Shown: positions 19,598 through 28,945 of the stretch, piece by piece
How the letters are laid out: every line of letters starts with the position of its first letter
How positions within the stretch are numbered: position 1 is the first letter of the stretch
Virus record (IMG/VR): IMGVR_UViG_3300035698_022738
Coordinates: 32,852 to 96,851 of that record
Source: a virus
Direction: 5' to 3' (one strand)
DNA: 64,000 nt
Position numbers and translations under genes: made by a program
Notes under the pieces: generated by a model
Database searches by the model: none
Told to the model about the DNA's origin: nothing
What the model saw: only the letters and a program-made list of their open reading frames with translations

Positions 19598-19903
19598 ATG
19601 AATGAATTTCTGGAACGTCACATTGTAGTATGTCCGATGGAAAGACCGACATTTGTGGTACGTTGTCCCCTCTGTGGTTTCGAGACAGAGGTCGATGACC
19701 ATCTGTCGGAGCACATCCTCGAAAAGCATGAGCTTGAAGCTCGTGATGGGACAGTTGATCTCAGCTCTCTGAGTGAGGATGTCAGAGAGAACATCAAAGA
19801 GACCCTGGCTGATTGGGATTTGGATGCGTCTCTCTGCGAGGAAAGTACACAAGAATATGATGATTGGTGTCAGGGGATGGCGGAAAAGGAGTGCAAGAAA
19901 TGA
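19598..19903 (+). CDS. Small Zn-finger-like early protein
   Basis: CPLC...HILEKH. Confidence 0.55.
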   Translation: MNEFLERHIVVCPMERPTFVVRCPLCGFETEVDDHLSEHILEKHELEARDGTVDLSSLSEDVRENIKETLADWDLDASLCEESTQEYDDWCQGMAEKECKK

Positions 19904-20449
19904 GCAAAGACATATATGAACTTGTTTTAACGGACTGTAATTTCGAGCGGCTGATAGATGCCTATGAGGCGTTTTGTACATTGTTCTTGGTACAGCCTGA
20001 AGTGTATGTACGAGGGGTTTTCAAGAACAACGAGGGCGGAGAAATAGTTGCTCTTTCGTCGGATATCAAGGTCTTGAATGTGAATCCTTTGGTTGGACTT
20101 GTGAACAATGGGAACCTTGAACTTGTTCCAAGTAGCCAATGTGAGTGGTCTATGTATCTCAATCGAAAGAGAGGGTTACAAAAATGAAATATAAGTGGCT
20201 GGCAGAGGCAGGTATCGCTGGGTGCCTGCCTGGGTTTACTTCCATCTGTGATACCAAGGCAGATGCTATTCAGACTGTTACAGACCTTTTCGACCTTTCA
20301 CGTTATGGACGTGTTGCCAAGGACCTGTCACAGGCTGGTGATACCGTTTCGGATCGTGATGAGTCGGAACATGATCTGATGCGTTTTCAGGTTTACAAGG
20401 TAGTCCCGGCTGACCTGAATGTGGAGAGCTGGGATGAATTGGAGTTCAA

Positions 20450-20850
20450 TGATGATCTCTAATCGGATAGACAGGGCGCGGAAAGCTGTCGAGTTTTGCC
20501 ACGTTGGTACTGAGCGGAAAGGGATCATCCAGACTGTGTTTGTCCCAGGTCACGAGGGTCGGAAATATCGAGTGATCCTCAAGCGCGGAAAGGGATTGGT
20601 CACTCTGGAATGTCAGCGGATGTTGCCCTATGACACGTCTGTCCTATGTCCAGGGGGCTGTAAGACGGTTTGTTACCATTGTATGGCAGCTCTCATCTTT
20701 ACGGCTCACCAGGCTGGATTTGATACCTCGTTCTGTGAGTCGAAAGAGGATGCTCTCAGGCTCAAGAATTTGCACGAGGGTGCGCTGATGATGCGAGTGG
20801 TGAGCAAGCATGCACCATCAAACGGATGTTTTGCTGTATTCGGCAAATAG
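20450..20850 (+). CDS. SWIM-type Zn-finger-like early protein
   Basis: YRV...LEC...CPG..TVCYHC pattern. Confidence 0.45.
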
Positions 20851-20858
20851 GGTAGTTC

Positions 20859-20986
20859 CGGCGACTTTGGAAGTCACGTCCAGGGGACAATACCTCATTG
20901 ACGCTATGAAGCCTAACTAGCAGACGTGGATATGGGGCTGGCATAGAATGGTCGTAAGGAGTCCGGCTAGTGTACAGCCGTCGCCG
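20859..20986 (+). ncRNA. Candidate structured intergenic RNA
   Basis: Outer stem cggcgac/gtcgccg; internal pairings cacgtc/gacgtg, ctatg/catag, actagc/gctagt, cggct/agccg. Confidence 0.5.
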
Positions 20987-21014
20987 TCAATCAATTCAAG
21001 CATGGGAGATTAAA

Positions 21015-21719
21015 ATGGAAAAATTGTTTCCGACATGGGATGAAAAGCCAACAGATTCTGGGCGTATGATTGCTTATGTTTCCGGACATTTCCGGTACTG
21101 GACTGGGAACTCGTGGAACCAATCCACGAGCTACGCGCATAACGTCAAGATTCCGAGGCTGGGTCTTGACAGTGAGACACGGGACAAGTGCTATGCTGCA
21201 CTGGATATTCCACAGGCTTTTGATGAGGTAAATGAAATTCTTGAAGACTTCGCTGTCCGGCACAACTACGCCTGGAAGATTTCGTTTAATGACCGCTCTG
21301 GGGGCTACCTTGTACTCTATCAGGGTGGGGTGAAAGACAACAAGTCATTTGTCTATCCAGTTCGAGGAGTGGGAGAGATGGACTGGGTGGACGGTGATTT
21401 TCTGACGGACTTGGTTGATGTGATATGGGATTTCGATGAGACTTGTCAGAGGGCTGTCGAAGTCTTTGTCGAATTTGCAGTGTCACATACCGTAGTGGAA
21501 GAAGAGATTATGGTTTCCAAAACAGTCCTTGTGGCAATCTCAAATGAGGATGCAAACCGCAGGGAGTCCAACAGGCTTTGGGAGTCGGCCTGTCAGTTCG
21601 ATGGGTACGATCCGGATGAAAAGTTTGTATGCTTTTCGGATGAAAATCCGTTCACCTCTGAGTACAACGCACGTATGATCGAGCGTCTGGAATACAGTCG
21701 GCAAGGCGACGTTAAATAG
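21015..21719 (+). CDS. Conserved hypothetical early protein
   Basis: GHFRYWTGNSWNQSTSYAHNVK...FNDRSGGYLVLY pattern; GGGAG SD. Confidence 0.65.
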   Translation: MEKLFPTWDEKPTDSGRMIAYVSGHFRYWTGNSWNQSTSYAHNVKIPRLGLDSETRDKCYAALDIPQAFDEVNEILEDFAVRHNYAWKISFNDRSGGYLVLYQGGVKDNKSFVYPVRGVGEMDWVDGDFLTDLVDVIWDFDETCQRAVEVFVEFAVSHTVVEEEIMVSKTVLVAISNEDANRRESNRLWESACQFDGYDPDEKFVCFSDENPFTSEYNARMIERLEYSRQGDVK

Positions 21720-21764
21720 CCATCAGGCCTTGCGCGTCAGGCCCCCTCTCGGGGCCTGGGTTGG
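21697..21764 (+). ncRNA. Pistol self-cleaving ribozyme 2
   Basis: P1 GUCG/CGAC; loop GCAAGG pairing with CCUUGC; UUAAAUAG; P2 CCA/UGG; GCG; P3 UCAGGCCCC/GGGGCCUGG; GU at 21760-21761; covaries with copy 1. Confidence 0.85.
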
Positions 21765-21791
21765 AACACAAATCAAGCATGGGAGACTAAA

Positions 21792-22313
21792 ATGGCAAAT
21801 GTGTTGATTTTCACAAAGGAAGAATTTGAGGCTGCTTTGCCTTGTCACAAAGATACAAGCAAGCAGCTATGGACTTATGAGGGGATCGAGAACAATGAGC
21901 ACTGCTATTCGATAAACATTCCGGGGGGGAAACCTCATCGGGTGTTTATCCGGTCCTCTGTGGGTCTTTCAGGTTTGTCAGCTACGTGTGGAGAGGATAG
22001 CATTCGTATCTGGCTCGAAGAGAAACGGCCTATCGGTATCGGGAATCGAGAGGCCTGGGCCGGTGTTAAGAAAAAACAACGCTGGGTGACACGAGTCACA
22101 GGCTGGCAAGAGCGTGTTGTGAATGTTTGTCGGGAGACATACCGGCTTGGAGTCAACAAAGTGAATCTGGAAAGTGCAGCTCCACTTTGTCCGAAGTGTC
22201 AAACAGAGATGCGGATCAGGTTCCGCAAATCTGATGACAATCCCTTTTGGGGATGCCCTGGGTTCCCAGCTTGCAGGGGGACCGCAAATGTTAAAGTTTC
22301 AGCGGGTCTTTGA
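21792..22313 (+). CDS. Protein with C-terminal topoisomerase-type C4 zinc ribbon
   Basis: CPKCQTEM..R....FWGCPGFPACR. Confidence 0.75.
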   Translation: MANVLIFTKEEFEAALPCHKDTSKQLWTYEGIENNEHCYSINIPGGKPHRVFIRSSVGLSGLSATCGEDSIRIWLEEKRPIGIGNREAWAGVKKKQRWVTRVTGWQERVVNVCRETYRLGVNKVNLESAAPLCPKCQTEMRIRFRKSDDNPFWGCPGFPACRGTANVKVSAGL

Positions 22314-22320
22314 GTTGTCC

Positions 22321-22349
22321 TTGATGGATTTTGCGGGTTGTGGTACAAT
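22321..22349 (+). promoter_or_regulatory. sigma70-type promoter
   Basis: TTGATG-N17-TACAAT with extended -10 TG, upstream of the helicase. Confidence 0.6.
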
Positions 22350-22396
22350 TGACCCTAGACTCAAGTAGAGTTAGCACAAGCATAGGAGAGTGTAAA

Positions 22397-24103
22397 ATGT
22401 CTAGTAAGACAATGGTATGCCCCGCTTGCGGAGCAGAGATGGTTCTGCGGAATGGCCGCCGTGGCAAATTCTTTGGCTGTTCCACATTCCCCAAATGTCG
22501 CAAGACCGTGGATGCGGCAAACGGAGCATCTGGGATATTCCCAGTCAAAAAAGAGGTGCCAGCTGTAATGCACCCCCCTACTCCTCAGCAAGAGGAAATC
22601 TTTCAGGCCATAGCCAGTGATGATTGCGACGATATTGTCATTGAGGCTGGCCCCGGTTCTGGAAAGACCTACACGATTGTCCAGTCCCTCCAAAAAACGG
22701 CTGGTCGTGGAAAGGTGGTCGTGGTTGCATTCAACAAGGCCATTCAGCTAGTCCTTAACCGACTAGCACCTGACCACGTTCTCACAAGCACGTTCCACAG
22801 CCTGGGGTTCTCAATTTGCCGCAACGCAGCAAGCGGTCAGATTTCTGTAGACCAGAACAAAAAATACGGGATTGCGAAGAATATTCTGTTCCCCAATGAT
22901 GCCGACAAGGCAGCTAGGGGAGCTGTCGTGAAACTGGCGAGTATCTGTCAGAACACACTGGCTGACCCGACAGACCAGGCCCTGATGTACCACCTGATGG
23001 ATGAATACGACATTGGGGATGTCTTGAAAGAAAAACACCAGCCAGCTATGGTTGTCGATGCTGTCCCCACGTTGTTGGCTCACAGTGCAAGCTTGGAACT
23101 TTTAATCGACTTTGATGACATGATCTGGATGCCTGTCATCAAGGGTATGAAACCAACTGTGTTTGATTGGGTCAATGTCGATGAGGCGCAGGACTGCAAT
23201 GCGTGCCAGATCGAGTTGATTAAGATGATCACTTCCCCCTATGGGCGGGTCAATGCAGTAGGGGATCGACACCAGTCGATCTATGGGTTCCGTGGGGCTG
23301 ACTCGCACGCCATTCCCCGGCTCATATCTGAGTTGAACAACACCTCGGTGCTACCCCTGAATATTACTTTCAGGTGTCCAACATCTCACGTTGCTCTGAT
23401 CCAGCAGCTGGTTCCAGAAATCACTGCTCGGGACGGAGCTCCGGAAGGAATCATCAATGAGGGCGTGCGTTTGCACGAGATGTATGATCAGGCAAAGCCA
23501 GGGGACTTGATCCTGAGTCGGATCAATGCCCCTCTGGCTGGGGATTGCCTTGAATTTCTCCGCAGGGGGAAAAAGGCAGTCGTGATGGGTCGGGACATCG
23601 GCAAAAATCTTATCACCTTGATGGATCGGGTTGATACGGAAAAAACCGATGACATGATCAAGGGCCTTGCTGATCACCTTGATGTGGAACGTACTCGGTT
23701 TGCTTTGGCTGGCAAAGAGCACAAGATAGCTGCTCTTGAGGACAAGGTGGAAACCATTTTCGTGCTGGCTGAGGGGACAAAGTTGGTCAGTGAAATCGTC
23801 CAGAAAATCAATGCGATATACAGCGACACTGCTGAGGGCATTGTGCTCTCGACAGTTCACCGGGCCAAGGGACTGGAAGCTGAGGATGGTTACATTCGTA
23901 AGCCGTCCCTCTTTCCTCACCCACGAGCTAAGAGTGAAAAAGACATCATCCAGGAGCGCAACATTCTGTACGTTGCTCTTTCCCGGTTCAAAAAATCACT
24001 CTCATTTGTCGAAGGAAAATCACCCATTTCGATCTCATCAGAATTAGTGACAACAGAGGCAGCTGATCCAGTAGCTGCCTCTGAGGCGCAGGGGCTGCTA
24101 TGA
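22397..24103 (+). CDS. UvrD/Rep-like SF1 helicase with N-terminal topoisomerase Zn ribbon
   Basis: CPACGAEM..FFGCSTFPKC; AGPGSGKT, DEAQD, VGDRHQSIYGFRGA, TVHRAKGLE, YVALSR. Confidence 0.9.
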   Translation: MSSKTMVCPACGAEMVLRNGRRGKFFGCSTFPKCRKTVDAANGASGIFPVKKEVPAVMHPPTPQQEEIFQAIASDDCDDIVIEAGPGSGKTYTIVQSLQKTAGRGKVVVVAFNKAIQLVLNRLAPDHVLTSTFHSLGFSICRNAASGQISVDQNKKYGIAKNILFPNDADKAARGAVVKLASICQNTLADPTDQALMYHLMDEYDIGDVLKEKHQPAMVVDAVPTLLAHSASLELLIDFDDMIWMPVIKGMKPTVFDWVNVDEAQDCNACQIELIKMITSPYGRVNAVGDRHQSIYGFRGADSHAIPRLISELNNTSVLPLNITFRCPTSHVALIQQLVPEITARDGAPEGIINEGVRLHEMYDQAKPGDLILSRINAPLAGDCLEFLRRGKKAVVMGRDIGKNLITLMDRVDTEKTDDMIKGLADHLDVERTRFALAGKEHKIAALEDKVETIFVLAEGTKLVSEIVQKINAIYSDTAEGIVLSTVHRAKGLEAEDGYIRKPSLFPHPRAKSEKDIIQERNILYVALSRFKKSLSFVEGKSPISISSELVTTEAADPVAASEAQGLL

Positions 24104-24741
24104 ATGAGTTGGGTGAAAGAGTTCATGGCGATCTCAAGAATCTGGTGCACTGGATGGGGGCAAACAGCAAGATGTCCGGTTGGCGCATGCAGCCGGATGA
24201 GCTTGAGGGTGAGTGTTGGTTGGCTGTTGCACGCTGTCTTGATCGGTATGGGAAGTCCATAGAATACCCAGAGCTGCTCAGGGCATGCCGACAGTCGATG
24301 AAATTTGCCGTGATAGACGCCTCACGTTTATCTGGGCGTGAGACTGAAATGTACTTAGAAGACGCATTAGATACACAAGGGGAGGAAAGTTGGGATGAAT
24401 CAATTCCAGACGATCTCATCTATACCCCTGAGTTACACCTTGAGGCAATGGAACTGGTAACATCTCTGTCTGGTTCTCTTTCAGATACTGACAGAGATGT
24501 TCTGGACGCCATTTTGGGAAAGAATAAAAGGGTTCCTATCTATCTTGACCTGTGGATCAAGCGGTCAAGAGCTGCATTTTCGGGTAGGTCTGTGTCGACG
24601 AATATCTACGTTATTTCAAGGGCATTGTGCCTGTCGGAGTGGACCATCCGGAGAAGTTTGAGGCGTATAAAAGCCTCGTCAGAGGCGCATAGGGGGAGAA
24701 GGAGAAATGGATCTGACAGACCATGTATCGAAGGAGTTTAA
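24100..24741 (+). CDS. Sigma-factor-like protein 1
   Basis: DELEGECWLA..RY...AVIDASR is region-2-like; C-terminal HTH-like ISRALCLSEWTIRRSL. Confidence 0.55.
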   Translation: MNELGERVHGDLKNLVHWMGANSKMSGWRMQPDELEGECWLAVARCLDRYGKSIEYPELLRACRQSMKFAVIDASRLSGRETEMYLEDALDTQGEESWDESIPDDLIYTPELHLEAMELVTSLSGSLSDTDRDVLDAILGKNKRVPIYLDLWIKRSRAAFSGRSVSTNIYVISRALCLSEWTIRRSLRRIKASSEAHRGRRRNGSDRPCIEGV

Positions 24742-25162
24742 TCACGGGGAGTTGGTCAAGGTAGCTGAAATGATGGGCCTGGCTCCCACCTCTAGGTGGG
24801 GAGAACGCAAGCTCGTTGATTCCATCTTTGCCAAATGCAAAAAGGATGGGGTTCCGGAGCTTTCCCTTCGGGATGACGATCAAAGGCTTTTCACTGATTT
24901 TCTGTTCGTTGCTGAGCTCATTGATGAGCCAGAGGATGCTAAGAAATCAAAGTCAGATGAGGATGCGTTTGACCAAGAGTCTAAGCCGGATTGCTTTATG
25001 TTTGCAGATGATAAAGACCCGGCCTGTGGTCGGTGCAAGGTCTATAAGTTTTGTGTCGATGCCCGGCTCAGGAACCTCCCAGATTGCTTTGGTCACAGGT
25101 TTGATTTGGAGACACCGGAATGTCAGCTGTGCATCTATGCACCTGACTGTAAGATGGCATAG
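24707..25162 (+). CDS. Cys-rich hypothetical protein
   Basis: Two PDCF...C..C...C repeats. Confidence 0.6.
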   Translation: MDLTDHVSKEFNHGELVKVAEMMGLAPTSRWGERKLVDSIFAKCKKDGVPELSLRDDDQRLFTDFLFVAELIDEPEDAKKSKSDEDAFDQESKPDCFMFADDKDPACGRCKVYKFCVDARLRNLPDCFGHRFDLETPECQLCIYAPDCKMA

Positions 25163-25684
25163 GAGAGTAAAATGATTAGAGAACTGAAGTACACTGTGAA
25201 GGCGTTTAGGTCCATCTTGTCGGGACCTTTGGGTTGGGTAGTTGCCACAGAGGATGAGTGGCGACCAGCTGAATTGATGGATTGGTCGTTTAGCTCGTGG
25301 TACATCTGTGCTGAGTACCAGAACGGGCGGCACATCCCGTTTCCTGTTCTGGACGGGGTAAGTGGTAGCTGGTTCCAGAGACGGGCCATTCGAGCAGCTG
25401 AGTGGTTGTCAGGAAATTCAGCTTTCCCAAGTGATCCCCCAGACACCTCAAACTCCGGCATGTGCGTTGTAAGTCCGGGAGCTTTGGGCCTTGAGTCCAG
25501 TATTTTGGCGGGTTTGGTAAGGGACACCATTGCTGAGGATTGTCATCAGCGTGATGCGGGTGTCCGTAGATACAGACATCCAAATATGCAGAGCTTGCAT
25601 GAGAATACTAAGCTCGGAACAGAAGTCAAAGAGTCTCTGTACAGACATATGTACGGCGGGAAGTGAGTTGACAGGCAGGACAAT

Positions 25685-25719
25685 GGCACACATCCTAAAT
25701 CGGGTGTGTGCCTTTTTTT
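25685..25719 (+). terminator. Intrinsic terminator ending early region
   Basis: ggcacacatcc/gggtgtgtgcc stem followed by T7. Confidence 0.85.
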
Positions 25720-26112
25720 GTTGCTCAAAAAATGGTGTGATTCCGTTTAATATAGTAGGAGAGATTGAATGGAAATTAAAGTGAATGTTGGGGATGTCAA
25801 TACATACCTCGTCGTGGTGTTTGGGGAGGTAGATATCATGACCAATGCTCTCAGGGCTATTGCTCGTTTTAGGTCTGTAACAGGGGCACTCTGGCCGTCT
25901 GAGGTTGTGGTGCATGAAAACAATCGCATGTGTTTGTCATTGCCGACAACACAGCGGAAAGCTCCCTGGAATTTGCGGGATGCCTTGTATATGCTCACGG
26001 CATATCCCATCAAAGGGGATGAGGAAAGTGAACGAGTTCCCGTTGTTTTTGACGGGGAACGTAAGCCTGTTGGCAAGGCTTTTAGAGACAGACCACTGAG
26101 GAAAGGGATATA

Positions 26113-26373
26113 ATGAAAACAATGGGGATTACGAAAGCTCGTGAAAATTTCACACACCTTGTGACTGAGGCAGCTCAAGAATGTCCGGTTGTCCTGACCA
26201 GCCTCAAGGTGCCAAAGGCTGTATTGATTAGCTATAATGCGTGGGTCAGATTGAATGATCAGGTGGATGACTTGGAGGATTTGGTCACATATGTTAATCG
26301 ACGCAATGAGTCATCGACACCATTTGAGAGGTTTGTGAAGGATCACGCAATAGAGGGTGAAGATGCTACCTGA
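26113..26373 (+). CDS. Phd/YefM-family antitoxin-like protein (orphan)
   Basis: MKTMGITKARENFTHLV...PVVLT...PKAVLISY. Confidence 0.8.
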   Translation: MKTMGITKARENFTHLVTEAAQECPVVLTSLKVPKAVLISYNAWVRLNDQVDDLEDLVTYVNRRNESSTPFERFVKDHAIEGEDAT

Positions 26374-28945
26374 TCCCTGCAAAGAGTGCGGGTTACACAA
26401 GACTTGCAAAACGCACATGGTGCCGGGATCGGGTTCTGATCATCCGTTAGTTCTTTTTGTAGGGGAGGCCCCTGGAGCGGAAGAGGATGAAACAGGGGTG
26501 GTGTTTATGGGTAAGGCTGGTCAGGTTCTCAGAGAGGCTATCAATCAGTTGGGCCTCTCTGATGACCAGTATCGTATCACAAATGTTGTACGGTGTCGGC
26601 CCCCCAAAAATCGGACACCTCGGGCCAGAGAGATAGAGCTGTGCTCTGAGTTCCTTTTTGAGGAAATTAAACAGCATCCCCCCAAAGTTATTGTGTTGCT
26701 GGGTAACACCCCACTCAAAGCTGTTTTGGGGGAAAACAAGATTAGTGAGTGGAACGGGCTTGCAGTTCAACGGGGAGATTTTGTGTATGCTCCGGCTTTT
26801 CATCCATCAGCGTTCAACTATGGGAACCGGGATCGCCTTGAGGATTGGTACGATGCTCTGGAACAAGCGGTGCGTATTGCTCACGGAGAAAAGGTTCCCG
26901 ATAGGAATGCTGGCTGGGAGTACATCTACCCCAAATCGTATGATGACCTAGTGGCTATGGAACGCGAGCTGGCAAAAAGTGAGACCATCACCTATGACGT
27001 AGAGACTCGATTTCTCAATATTCATGATCCGGAGAACACTGTGATATCTGTCTCATTTGGGATGGATGGTGTGGCCTGGTCGTTCCCCTTGTATCACACT
27101 GAAGGGTCGGAATGGTGGAAGGGAACTCGAATATTGTCGGTGGTTGGTATGGTTTTGAACATACTTAGTAAGTCACAAGTAGTAGGGCATAACGTCAAGT
27201 TTGATAGGTCAGCTACTCGGAAGTTGTTGGGGCAGGACTTTGTTCCATTTGGGGACACAATGCGTATCTCTCAGCTGATCGACAGCCAGCCAGGAATACA
27301 CGGCCTGAAGAGATTGGCTGGCATGAAATTAGGGATGTTTGATTATGACCAGGAGTTGACTGATTACACCGACGCTCACCCAGAGGCTAATCCCAAAAAA
27401 GGTGGGGACTTCGGGCTGGTTCCACTGAAGAAGTTGCTTCCCTATGGGGCCATGGATTCAGCGGCAACTTACAGGCTGTATCATTTGTTGTTGTCTGAGT
27501 TGACACCGGAACAAACTGTCTTGTACAAGCAGCTCATTATGCCAGCTGATGACGCGCTAGCTGAAATGGAATATCGAGGTATTCTGTTGGATACCTATAT
27601 GGCAGAGCGGTATGAGCGGATATATAAGTTTGTTCGGGAAGAGAAGTATAGGGCGGCTATCTTGCAGGACCCCGACGTGCAGAGGTTTATAGCACGTAAG
27701 CAAAAGATTGTGGATATTGAGCTCAAAAAACGTCGGGAAAAGAGTACACGTAAGCTCAAGGACAGAAAATTCTCATTCAACGCAAACAGCACAGAAATGA
27801 TGGGGGAAGTGTTTTTTACGATCAAGGATCACGTCCCCCCCGCACTGACAAAAACTGGAAAGCCCTCAATGGATGCCGGACTGTTGGCTCAGAGTCCAGT
27901 TGCGGATGATCCACTATTTCAGCTCTATCGCAAGTATCGGCTCTATGGGTCGATGCTGTCCAAGTATCTTGGTCCTGCCTCTAAAGGGCTAAGGGATTGG
28001 CGGACTTGTGTCGATGGGCGGATACACACTCATTTCAATGTCGGGGGTGCAACAACTGGCCGATTATCTTCGAGTCAGCCAAACCTCCAGAACATTCCGT
28101 CTCCGGAAAAAGAGCAAGGGACCCTGCTTGAGAGCTTGCCTATTCGTAACTTGTTCAAGCATACCCATCCCGGTGGATGTCTGGCCTCAGTTGACTTTTC
28201 TGGTATGGAATTGAGGATCATGGCCTCAATGTCTGAGTGCCTACCCATGATCAAGGTATTCAGGGAAAACGGGGACCTGCATAGGTTTGTTACCTCAGCT
28301 GCGTTTTCCATCCCTGAAAAAGATGTAACAAAGACAAAGCGACGTACTGGGAAGTCGATCAATTTTTTAATCATCTACGGGGGCGGACCTGAGTCTTTGC
28401 ACAGAAAATATGGGGTCCCTTTGAGTCAAAGCAAGCGTCTAATGAAAAACTACTTCAAGAGGTTCCCCGAAGTCCATGAGTTTCACAATAAGGTTATTGA
28501 CTTTGCAGAACGAAATGGCTATGTAGAGACACCCTTTGGGCGTCGCAGGTATCTCAGGAATATCAACTCTGTGATCTCTTACAAAAAAGAGGCGGATGAG
28601 AGGGCGGCTATCAATATGCCTATCCAGTCTCTGGCCTCTGATATATTGTTGTGCTGTATTGCAATCCTGGAGCGTAAGCTGATAAAAGGTGGGTTCAAGT
28701 CTCGGATGGTCAACACGGTACACGACTCCATCACCTTTGATGTATACCCAGGTGAGTTGGATACGATCTTGGTTATGGCAAGAGACATCATGGTCAATAT
28801 CAAATACTATGCCAAGCGGTACTTCCCTGGTCTTGATTTTAGCTGGCTGAAAGTGCCTCTCAATGTGGATGCTGAGGTAGGGTCCCATTACGGGAGCATG
28901 AGCGATTATGAGATACCTGGGGTGGTGAGAGGGAGAGGAAAATGA
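26357..28945 (+). CDS. polA: Family A DNA polymerase with N-terminal family-4 uracil-DNA-glycosylase-like domain and 3'-5' exonuclease
   Basis: GEAPG, NVVRCRPPKNRTP and HPS (UDG); DVET, HNVKFD, YGAMD (exo); DFSGMELR, KSINFLIIYG, TVHDS (pol A/B/C). Confidence 0.95.
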   Translation: MKMLPDPCKECGLHKTCKTHMVPGSGSDHPLVLFVGEAPGAEEDETGVVFMGKAGQVLREAINQLGLSDDQYRITNVVRCRPPKNRTPRAREIELCSEFLFEEIKQHPPKVIVLLGNTPLKAVLGENKISEWNGLAVQRGDFVYAPAFHPSAFNYGNRDRLEDWYDALEQAVRIAHGEKVPDRNAGWEYIYPKSYDDLVAMERELAKSETITYDVETRFLNIHDPENTVISVSFGMDGVAWSFPLYHTEGSEWWKGTRILSVVGMVLNILSKSQVVGHNVKFDRSATRKLLGQDFVPFGDTMRISQLIDSQPGIHGLKRLAGMKLGMFDYDQELTDYTDAHPEANPKKGGDFGLVPLKKLLPYGAMDSAATYRLYHLLLSELTPEQTVLYKQLIMPADDALAEMEYRGILLDTYMAERYERIYKFVREEKYRAAILQDPDVQRFIARKQKIVDIELKKRREKSTRKLKDRKFSFNANSTEMMGEVFFTIKDHVPPALTKTGKPSMDAGLLAQSPVADDPLFQLYRKYRLYGSMLSKYLGPASKGLRDWRTCVDGRIHTHFNVGGATTGRLSSSQPNLQNIPSPEKEQGTLLESLPIRNLFKHTHPGGCLASVDFSGMELRIMASMSECLPMIKVFRENGDLHRFVTSAAFSIPEKDVTKTKRRTGKSINFLIIYGGGPESLHRKYGVPLSQSKRLMKNYFKRFPEVHEFHNKVIDFAERNGYVETPFGRRRYLRNINSVISYKKEADERAAINMPIQSLASDILLCCIAILERKLIKGGFKSRMVNTVHDSITFDVYPGELDTILVMARDIMVNIKYYAKRYFPGLDFSWLKVPLNVDAEVGSHYGSMSDYEIPGVVRGRGK

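Noticed and set aside
26357-26900. UDG-PolA fusion as evidence of a hypermodified-base genome
   Set aside because: The fusion is known from SPO1-like and other phages, and no base-modification pathway genes are visible here.
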